64,000 nt of DNA. Source: Pseudomonadota bacterium (GTDB lineage: Bacteria > Pseudomonadota > Alphaproteobacteria > Micavibrionales > CSBR16-224). How positions within the stretch are numbered: the stretch's first letter is position 1; every line of letters starts with the position of its first letter. The stretch is from the NCBI GenBank assembly GCA_013285465.1, contig CP053449.1:611179-675178 (forward strand), in the 5' to 3' direction. Of the stretch, positions 57,115 through 64,000 are shown piece after piece. The notes under the pieces are model-generated. The model searched no databases and was not told the origin of the DNA. It saw only the letters and a program-made list of their open reading frames with translations. A program made the translations under genes and the position numbers.

Positions 57115-58359
57115 TTAATGCCCGCCACCGCCGGCGCGAAACTCTTCGACCTCTTCGCCGCGGGCGCGGCGCGCATCATCTTCTTCCTGAATTTTTCGCA
57201 GACCTTCGGCGCTTTGTACATAGGTCAGCAGGTGACGGCGGTCAATCAAGCCTTCGTCATATGCCTGACGTGCGGAAAACTCCATACTGCGGCCATGTTC
57301 GGGAACCATATTCATTAAGCGGCTGGCCCATTCCTCGAAGTTACAGCTCAGCATTTCCTCGCGGATTTCCTCGGTGAATTCCATCCACTCCCTTAAGCCC
57401 ACACGGCCGCCGCCGATACGCGGTGCCAGCGTTTGCGTCACAATCAGACGCAGGGTTTCCATCAGCGAGTAGGCACGCTCAACCCGCTCGGCAGGTTCAA
57501 AGCTTGAAATCATACGACGGACGGTCGCGGCAACGCCGGTGGTGTGAACCGTGGCATAAACGGTGTGACCCGTTTGCCCGGCTTCAATAGCGGCGGAAAT
57601 GGTTTCACGGTCACGCGCCTCACCAACCAGAATGATTTCCGGCTTCCGGCGCAGGGCGTTCCGGACACCATGAGCAAAACTTTCAAGGTGGCGCGGAATT
57701 TCCGACTGCCCGATCAGGCTTCGTTTACTGATAATCGTATCATAGGTGAACTCGATCGGCGCCTCATAGGTCAGCATCTTGCCGCAACCATGCGGACGTT
57801 CCAGCATCATGCGGTTTCCGGCGGCCAGCAGCGTTGATTTACCACTACCCGTCGGGCCTGTCACCAGAACAAGCCCCTGACGAGGGTGCCAGGCCTGTTT
57901 GATTTCTTCCTCGATACCCAGCTGTTCCATTGTCGGCGGTTCACTCGGCAGGACACGCATTGTGACCTGTGCACCGTCACGGCCGTCAGCCAGAATGGCC
58001 GTGATGTTGACACGGAAACGCTGGCGGTTCCAACGGTCGATCATGACTTCATAGGACAAATCGATATCACGGCCACCGGCCAGAAGCGCGAGAGCCTCAA
58101 CGCCGTAGAGTTTGGTGATAATGGCATTCATATCCGCCGCATCAAGCGGACGGAAGGTTGCAGGGTAAAGCGTGCCGTGAATCTCGTTATAGACGGGACG
58201 TGCCGATTGGAAGGTGATATCACTCGAATCTTTCCGGACACACCAGAGAAGAAACGGGTCAACATGATCCTCTTGGAAACGATCCGGTTCTTCCGGATAA
58301 GTTTCCTTGATATCATCTTTACCTTTTTTTAGAAGACTTACCGGTCTGCGGGCTGCCAT
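57115..58359 (-). CDS. dotB: Type IVB secretion ATPase DotB (PilT-like, TraJ-like)
   Basis: It has Walker A 'VTGPTGSGKSTLLAA', the Asp/His box region 'ILVGEARD' and 'TGHTVYATVHT'. It overlaps the dotC end by 22 nt. Confidence 0.85.
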   Translation of the reverse strand: MAARRPVSLLKKGKDDIKETYPEEPDRFQEDHVDPFLLWCVRKDSSDITFQSARPVYNEIHGTLYPATFRPLDAADMNAIITKLYGVEALALLAGGRDIDLSYEVMIDRWNRQRFRVNITAILADGRDGAQVTMRVLPSEPPTMEQLGIEEEIKQAWHPRQGLVLVTGPTGSGKSTLLAAGNRMMLERPHGCGKMLTYEAPIEFTYDTIISKRSLIGQSEIPRHLESFAHGVRNALRRKPEIILVGEARDRETISAAIEAGQTGHTVYATVHTTGVAATVRRMISSFEPAERVERAYSLMETLRLIVTQTLAPRIGGGRVGLREWMEFTEEIREEMLSCNFEEWASRLMNMVPEHGRSMEFSARQAYDEGLIDRRHLLTYVQSAEGLRKIQEEDDARRARGEEVEEFRAGGGGH

Positions 58360-59270
58360 TCTTCATAACCTGTCTTGAACTCGGATTGTCCGGTAATGCG
58401 CAGAGCGCGGTCACCGACACGCAATTCATCCTTACCGCCTGTCACACCGCGGTCTTCGTGAAGGGCATAGGGCTCGGAAATCATGCCTTGCGCTACCATC
58501 ATGCGGTAGCGAACCATCCCGTTGAAATCGGCAACAAGACGTTCAAGATTGCTTTCAAAAATCTGATTGGCCTGCTCTATGCCCGCTTTCCAGCCGCGTT
58601 CGAAGGCGGCATCCCATCGTGCAGATTCTTTCGGCGATTGCGGCCAAAGAATTTGCGGCGGCGGTTCGATCTCGACATCCCAATAGGGCTGGATATATTG
58701 ACGCCAGTTGCGCGGTGCCGTCACAATCTGCGCATTTTTCTGAATATTGTAAATACGGTCAGCCACAGCAGCTTCGATACCGCCTTTGCTGACAATCAGG
58801 GCGTTTTCCGCCTCGGATACAATCGGTGCCTCAATCAGCAAACCTGAAGGGGCGCGCATCAAAAGCCGTCTGAAATCGAAGACTTCATCCAGCGATTTTT
58901 CATGACCGCTTAATTCCTCGGCGATTTCATGGCTGCGGAACGAGAGCCCGCCGCGCGCGCCGTAAGACAGGGCGGCTTCTTCTTGCGCCTCGGTACGGAT
59001 ATCAAGAGAAACGGTATCATTGACAACGCCGGTAATTTCCATGGCGGCAGCAGGGCTGATGATCGGCGTTGTTGCACGCAATTGATCGCGGCTCAGCGGT
59101 GTTCCCGTTTTTTCAGGCGTTTTGGTTAGCGCCTCGGACTGGGCAAGCGCCCGGCGGTCAGCTTCGGTGAGCTCGGGTCTTTTATATTTGGAGCTGCATC
59201 CTGTAAGCGCCATAACGGCTGTCAGCGCCAAGGCTGTGCAAATCGAAGTCTTTTTTCTCATATGTGCCAT
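58338..59270 (-). CDS. dotC: Type IVB secretion outer-membrane lipoprotein DotC (TraI-like)
   Basis: The lipobox is 'MALTGC'. The blocks 'RNWRQYI', 'ERGWKAGIEQANQIF' and 'DRGVTGGKDELRVGDRALRIT' match my recollection of Legionella DotC. Confidence 0.85.
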   Translation of the reverse strand: MAHMRKKTSICTALALTAVMALTGCSSKYKRPELTEADRRALAQSEALTKTPEKTGTPLSRDQLRATTPIISPAAAMEITGVVNDTVSLDIRTEAQEEAALSYGARGGLSFRSHEIAEELSGHEKSLDEVFDFRRLLMRAPSGLLIEAPIVSEAENALIVSKGGIEAAVADRIYNIQKNAQIVTAPRNWRQYIQPYWDVEIEPPPQILWPQSPKESARWDAAFERGWKAGIEQANQIFESNLERLVADFNGMVRYRMMVAQGMISEPYALHEDRGVTGGKDELRVGDRALRITGQSEFKTGYEEWQPADR

Positions 59271-59294
59271 TCTTACAAACTTTCCGCGCTTTCT

Positions 59295-59798
59295 TTACAT
59301 TGATTCGTCAAATAACGAGACATAGCTGACTTCAACCGTACGGTTATCCGCATCGACGACAACATCCGCGCGGGTTCCGCCTTGCAGACCCAGATCACGC
59401 AAAACATCAATGACCGGTTTTTCAACAACATTCAGCGTCACAACGACCGGAACGGGCGGACGGATGCCGGCAACGTTAAAGTTATATCCGACGCGTTCGG
59501 CAAGACGTGCGGTGATTTGCTCGAGAGGACCGACCCAATCAACGGAGATGCTGCGCATCAGTTCGCGCGGCGCATCGGTCACCGGAGAAACATTTGCCAG
59601 CGGCGTGCGTGCCTGTTCGACGGCAGCGAGCGTTTCCAGCGCAGCGGATGCGCGGTCAACCGATGATGCCAAACGCAGTGAAACGGCATCAGGCTGCGCA
59701 ACCAGTTGATGACCGGTTGTCGGTTTAAAAGTGCAGCCCGAAAGCGCAATCATACCTGTCAAAGCCAGTGCCGTATAAAATGGGGTTGTCTTTTTCAT
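59295..59798 (-). CDS. dotD: Type IVB secretion lipoprotein DotD (TraH-like)
   Basis: The lipobox is 'IALSGC'. The blocks 'SVDWVGPLEQITARLA', 'PVPVVVTL' and 'DNRTVEVSY' are colinear with Legionella DotD. Confidence 0.85.
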   Translation of the reverse strand: MKKTTPFYTALALTGMIALSGCTFKPTTGHQLVAQPDAVSLRLASSVDRASAALETLAAVEQARTPLANVSPVTDAPRELMRSISVDWVGPLEQITARLAERVGYNFNVAGIRPPVPVVVTLNVVEKPVIDVLRDLGLQGGTRADVVVDADNRTVEVSYVSLFDESM

Positions 59799-59883
59799 CT
59801 TTGCCTCGTGTCCCTTAAAGATATTATGAGAAAGTGTGACTTTCCGCGTGAACGTACTTTATTAACAAAACATATTTTATCGT

Positions 59884-60306
59884 TTATCTCAAGCTGTTTT
59901 GCGTTTTCAACAGCCCTTGTCTGTGCATGGCAACAAAAACCTTCTGACGGTAGGGTAAACCATAGCGCGGCGTTTTGGAATGGTAGTGTGCAATTCCCGT
60001 ATAAAGACTGCCGGCATCGTCACTTTTTTTGCGCAAAATCCATGCGCCGACGGCGACATTGATGCAGCCGTCATCACGAACCCAGCGTTTTGCCGTGGAT
60101 TGCGGCACCTGCCAGTGCCGCGCCAGTTCCGGCATCCAGATTGTATTGATCTGCATGGGGCCAAGATCATAGGTGCCGTTGCTGTTACGCACCTGTTGTC
60201 CGACCTTGCCGCCTTCGACATGCAGGATGCCCACCAATACGGCAGGTGGAACGCCGTAGGTTTGCGAGGCAAGGAATATGCAGGTGGCTAAAGTGTTCGC
60301 AAGCAC
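59884..60306 (-). CDS. Soluble lytic transglycosylase-domain protein (T4SS-associated muramidase)
   Basis: The SLT catalytic region 'GILHVEGG' and 'YDLGPMQIN' are present, with the signal-like N-terminus 'MLANTLATCIFLASQ'. The start is GTG. Confidence 0.8.
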   Translation of the reverse strand: MLANTLATCIFLASQTYGVPPAVLVGILHVEGGKVGQQVRNSNGTYDLGPMQINTIWMPELARHWQVPQSTAKRWVRDDGCINVAVGAWILRKKSDDAGSLYTGIAHYHSKTPRYGLPYRQKVFVAMHRQGLLKTQNSLR

Positions 60307-60348
60307 TGTCGCACTCTCTGATAAAGGTTTATGTGTATAGCTTTAATA

Positions 60349-61335
60349 TTATCGGATGAAGTCGGATAATAGCAAGAGCGGATTATCAGGTTTCCCGATC
60401 AAAATTTTGATTTTGCTGTCGCTCGGGGACCGGTAAACGCTGAAAGGCGTTGTCCGCAATTTCCATTTCATCCAGATATCGGTATTTGCCGCGACTTTAT
60501 CGTAAGCGCTTTTATCGGTGATCTTGTCCTCTGACAAAGCGCTCTTGTCGCCGCCGGTATAGCTGCCCCATGCCTTTACGGGGTCGCTGACGGAAAGAAG
60601 AGCCGCGCTGGCGGTCTTATTATCGGCGGAGCTTCCGAAAGGCAGGATGCGTAACTGTATTGCGCCGCTGTCAATATGCGGCTTCAGGTCATTCCAATAG
60701 GCGATGCAATGCTCGCAGGTCGGATTCATGAATATATATATATAAGGGGCATTCGCATTGCCGACAGGAAACCAATCCGCCTGCTCCACGATACTGTAGA
60801 ATATTTCGGATTTGCCGGATTTCTTCGTGTCTTGTGCAGGTTTGTCAAATTTTTTGGAAGCGGCTTGCTGCGGAGCGGCGACCGGGGACGGAGCCGCTTT
60901 GACAGGGGCGGCAGCTTGTTTCGTGCCCCCGCTTTGTGCTGTGCCGCCGTCATCCGTCAGATTCAGCTTTTCAAGGAGGTTTTGCTGCGCCTCTTGTGTT
61001 AACGCCTGATCGGCCAGTTTGTTCCGCAGGGTTTGCGCCTGTTCTTGCGTGACGACCTCTTCCGAAGAGCTCATCAAAAGACCGAAGACAACGCCGCCTT
61101 CCGGTGTGGAATAGGCATAGCTTCTGCCGCCGTCAATATCGACGGCCCAGCCGTCCAGCCCGTATTTGTTTCCCAGGAAATGCAGTTTGCCGTTTTTTTG
61201 CGCAACGTAATTTGACAACAGTTCCGGCGGCTTTTTCGTTTGCGCCGCGGCGGGTTGCGGCACAAGAATCGACAGGCAGGCTGCAAAAAAGCCGAGTAAA
61301 AGATAGTTATACAGGGCAGTTTTTTTTCTGGTCAT
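60349..61335 (-). CDS. DsbC/DsbG-like periplasmic thiol:disulfide isomerase with an A/P/Q-rich linker (TrbB-like)
   Basis: The signal peptide ends 'PAAAQ'. A DsbC-type N-domain and the low-complexity linker 'KQAAAPVKAAPSPVAAPQQAASKK' precede a thioredoxin fold with CxxC 'NPTCEHCIAYW'. The start is trimmed to 61335. Confidence 0.75.
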   Translation of the reverse strand: MTRKKTALYNYLLLGFFAACLSILVPQPAAAQTKKPPELLSNYVAQKNGKLHFLGNKYGLDGWAVDIDGGRSYAYSTPEGGVVFGLLMSSSEEVVTQEQAQTLRNKLADQALTQEAQQNLLEKLNLTDDGGTAQSGGTKQAAAPVKAAPSPVAAPQQAASKKFDKPAQDTKKSGKSEIFYSIVEQADWFPVGNANAPYIYIFMNPTCEHCIAYWNDLKPHIDSGAIQLRILPFGSSADNKTASAALLSVSDPVKAWGSYTGGDKSALSEDKITDKSAYDKVAANTDIWMKWKLRTTPFSVYRSPSDSKIKILIGKPDNPLLLLSDFIR

Positions 61336-61665
61336 TGTGCTGTTTCCGTTTTCTTTCGTTAAATGTGACGGCTCAATATTAACATCACTTTGGCGGAGAT
61401 GACCATCATAAAAACAAAATGCCTGCCGGTTGGTATAAGCCATTTAATTGTAGACAAGCGGCTTTTTTGCGCTAAACTTTACGCCGCTTTCAGCAAATGC
61501 CTGAGATTCGGGCGGAAAAGATATTGCGTTATAAGACTGCAGAGGTCGATTCTTTTTTTGAATCTGTTAAATCCGATGTGACGCAATAAAAAGAATGTTT
61601 TTTGCCCTTTATAGCAACAAAACCCCAGTTTTTTTGCCGAAAAGACATAAAAATACAAAAAAGTC

Positions 61666-61694
61666 TTGACCTGAAAGCGGGAGTCTAGTAAATT
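61666..61694 (+). promoter_or_regulatory. Candidate sigma70-type promoter of the ClpA-like gene
   Basis: TTGACC (61666..61671), a 17-bp spacer and TAAATT (61689..61694) are present. GGAGG at 61754..61758 lies 9 nt upstream of the ATG at 61768. Confidence 0.45.
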
Positions 61695-61767
61695 CCATAA
61701 CTGTAGAACGAAAAAATTAAACATAATACCCGATAAAAACACAGAAACCAGTTGGAGGTTTAAGAAC

Positions 61768-64000
61768 ATGGCGAATAATTTTCACGGCCCTAGATACTTT
61801 GTTGACGCTAAGGAGAATATCCAATACGTCATTACTTTTTCCATGGGGCGTCCGGCAGAGATGGTGGCGCTTGATAGCAAGACAGGGATGCCGATTCCGC
61901 CGCAGGTCCTGTTCTCCGGCGACAATAAAGACAAATCCTTCACGGCTGTGGATGATGAAACGCTTGAAGTTTTCAGCATTAAAACACAGAACGTTCCCGG
62001 TATGGGGCTCGGTATTTCCGTAGAGCCGACCGGTCAGAATGTCGACAAACTGCCCGACCAGCACCCGACAGGTGCGGATGCGGCACGCCGTTTTGACGAT
62101 ACCCGCAAACAACAGGCCGAGCGTCTGAAAGACATGTTCGGCGGCTTGTTCGGCGGCGGCGATAAAGATCCTGATGAAAGCCCGTTCGGCGGTCTCGGCG
62201 ATCTGTTCGGCAATGGCGAGGACAATGACGATAACTGGACGCCGCCCAAGCGCGAGCCCGTTCAGGATACGACACCCCGCGGTCGCACCAAACCCGGTAT
62301 TAAAGGCGTTCCCAGCGGCGGCTACAAAGTTTCCGACAGCGCACTTGAAAAAGTTCTGCACAAATTCGGAACGGATCTGACCGAGCAAGCCATGAAAGGC
62401 GAGCTGGATCCGGTTGTCGGTCGTGATGAAGAGCTGAGCCAGCTGAAACAGTTCCTGCTGCGTAAAAACAAATCCAGCGTGAACATCCTTGGTGAGGCCG
62501 GTACAGGTAAAACCGCGATGTTCGATGCGCTGGCACAGGATATTGTTGCCGGTAAAGCGGAAGAAGAGCTGGCGGATGCCCGCGTTATCTCGCTGGACAT
62601 CACCGGTATGAACGCAACGGATCAGGCCAAATTCCGCGGCCAGTTCGAGAAAGAGCTGAAAAAAGTTCTGGACGGTCTGGAAGAGCGCGGCGGCTACATC
62701 AACGGTCAGAAAGTCATTCTGTGCTTGGACGAGATTCACTCGATCCTCGGCGCGGGTGCTGTTTCCGGTAACGAAGGCGGCGGCGCGGCACAGATCATGA
62801 AACCGTTCCTGGCGCGCGGATCGATTACCTGCATTGGTACGACAACGTTGAAAGAACACAAGAAATACATCGAAAAGGACGGCGCATTGAACCGTCGTTT
62901 CCAACCGCTGTATCTTGACGAAACCGATACGGATGCCACTTTGTTTATCTTGAGTAAAGTGAACGAGCATTACGGCAAGTATCACGGCATGGACACATTG
63001 ATGAATGAAGATCAAATGAAGAAAGTCGTCAAAATGACCGACCGCTTCATGCCCGCGCAGTACCAGCCGGATAAGTCGATCGGTGTTCTGGATGATGCGA
63101 TGGCGATTGCCCGTAAGGAAGGCCGCAAAGGCGTGACGGATGATGATATCATCACGGCTGTTTCCAAAGCGTCGAAACTGGATAAGAAATTCTTGAACCA
63201 GGATGACCATCAGCGCTTTATCGCTCTGGAAGAGCAGTTGCCGGAAATCGTTCTCGGACAGGATGAAGCTCTCGAAGCGGTCGGTGATCGCCTGATGTCG
63301 GCGCGTGCCGGTCTGACCGATCCGAACCAGCCTTGGGGCGCGTTCCTGTTCCTCGGTCCGACAGGTGTCGGTAAAACGGAAACCTGCTACGCTCTGGGTG
63401 AGCTGCTGCATGGTGACCGCGACTCCGTTATCCGGATCGATATGAGCAAATACAGTGAAAAACACGCGATTTCCGGTCTGATCGGTTCGCCTCCGGGCTA
63501 TGTCGGTCACGAAGATACGGAAGGCGAGTTCGAAAAAGTGCGTGAAAAGCCCTACAGTATCGTCGTCCTTGACGAGGTGGAAAAAGCGCATCCGGATGTC
63601 TTTAACGTGCTGCTGCCGATTTTGCAGGACGGTGAGATCGAAGACAGCCGCGGACGCAAGATTTCGTTCAAAAACACGATCATTGTGATGACGAGTAACC
63701 TGGGTGCCGGTAAAAGCGGTAAAACCATCGGTCACATCGCCAATAACGATGTCGAGGAAGATCGTAAACTGACTTACATGGCAGCTGCAAAATCGCAGTT
63801 CCGTCCCGAGCTGATCAACCGTATCAACATGCTTGGTGGTGTTCAGGTCTTTAACCGTCTGGACAAGCCGGTCATCGACAAACTGGTGAAACGTGAAGTC
63901 GAAAAAGTCGGCGCACGTCTGCAAGATGCATCCGGTGGCGGTCTGCAGCTGGAAAACATCACGCTGAAAGTGTCGGATGAAGTCCTCGCGATCCTGGGTG
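61768..64000 (+). CDS. ClpA-like double-AAA+ (Hsp100) ATPase with a non-canonical N-terminal region; 3' end truncated by the window edge
   Basis: I translated this frame by hand and found 744 codons with no stop; the ORF is missing from the track because it runs off the window. D1 has Walker A 'GEAGTGKT' (62491..62514), 'AKFRGQFE', Walker B 'ILCLDEIH' and 'ALNRRFQPL'. D2 has 'GPTGVGKT', 'GSPPGYVG', 'VVLDEVEKAH' and 'MTSNLG'. There is no ClpB-type M-domain. Confidence 0.85.
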   Translation, partial: MANNFHGPRYFVDAKENIQYVITFSMGRPAEMVALDSKTGMPIPPQVLFSGDNKDKSFTAVDDETLEVFSIKTQNVPGMGLGISVEPTGQNVDKLPDQHPTGADAARRFDDTRKQQAERLKDMFGGLFGGGDKDPDESPFGGLGDLFGNGEDNDDNWTPPKREPVQDTTPRGRTKPGIKGVPSGGYKVSDSALEKVLHKFGTDLTEQAMKGELDPVVGRDEELSQLKQFLLRKNKSSVNILGEAGTGKTAMFDALAQDIVAGKAEEELADARVISLDITGMNATDQAKFRGQFEKELKKVLDGLEERGGYINGQKVILCLDEIHSILGAGAVSGNEGGGAAQIMKPFLARGSITCIGTTTLKEHKKYIEKDGALNRRFQPLYLDETDTDATLFILSKVNEHYGKYHGMDTLMNEDQMKKVVKMTDRFMPAQYQPDKSIGVLDDAMAIARKEGRKGVTDDDIITAVSKASKLDKKFLNQDDHQRFIALEEQLPEIVLGQDEALEAVGDRLMSARAGLTDPNQPWGAFLFLGPTGVGKTETCYALGELLHGDRDSVIRIDMSKYSEKHAISGLIGSPPGYVGHEDTEGEFEKVREKPYSIVVLDEVEKAHPDVFNVLLPILQDGEIEDSRGRKISFKNTIIVMTSNLGAGKSGKTIGHIANNDVEEDRKLTYMAAAKSQFRPELINRINMLGGVQVFNRLDKPVIDKLVKREVEKVGARLQDASGGGLQLENITLKVSDEVLAILG

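Noticed and set aside
61717-63924. A 735-aa ORF on the minus strand, the longest ORF in the track for this region.
   Set aside because: It is antisense to an uninterrupted plus-strand frame that encodes textbook AAA+ motifs (GEAGTGKT, GPTGVGKT, GYVG). Its own translation is R/F/H/C/Q-rich with no recognisable motif. It is a shadow ORF, and the true gene is missing from the track only because it runs off the window end.
1-64000. A search by eye for tRNA/rRNA genes, CRISPR repeats, IS elements, integrases, prophage blocks and long inverted or direct repeats.
   Set aside because: I found none. Intergenic regions are short, and the only repeats seen are intragenic low-complexity coding repeats and terminator hairpins. 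tRNAscan or Infernal would be needed to exclude small RNAs formally.

Overview
The window is a 64-kb chromosomal segment with about 55 protein-coding genes. By eye I found no rRNA, tRNA, CRISPR array, transposase or integrase. The housekeeping backbone is ispG, trmD-rplS, mak, yaaA, mltG-fabF-acpP, yggS-gshB, prs-rplY-pth-ychF, dnaA, folD, parE, rnd and maeB. Its protein signatures look alphaproteobacterial, for example ParE 'GMYIGGTDERALHHL' and DnaA 'PTRFVRDWV'; that lineage call is inference only. Between these genes sit accessory genes typical of an intracellular or amoeba-associated lifestyle. They include three ankyrin-repeat proteins (264, 225 and 800 aa), Sel1 and TPR proteins, two M48 proteases, many orphan secreted or unannotatable proteins, and a tolC-lssB-lssD type I secretion operon. 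The most notable locus is at 56.7-64.0 kb. It holds a type IVB (Dot/Icm-like) secretion module in the order dsbC-like, lytic transglycosylase, dotD, dotC, dotB, icmT (the IncI traH-I-J-K order). Across a 432-bp AT-rich control region, a ClpA-like double-AAA+ unfoldase is transcribed divergently. Its canonical Clp N-domain is replaced by an unrecognised ~200-aa N-terminal region, and its ClpP-docking tripeptide reads IGH. Other items worth follow-up are a tandem pair of orphan paralogs with a possible kinase-like motif pattern, a small orphan paralog pair in the slot upstream of acpP where fabD/fabG usually sit, a MazG/DUF550-like gene between pth and ychF, a histone H1-like K/A-repeat protein, and basic C-terminal tails shared by most orphan and ANK proteins. 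All functional calls rest on motif recognition by eye; no database search was run.
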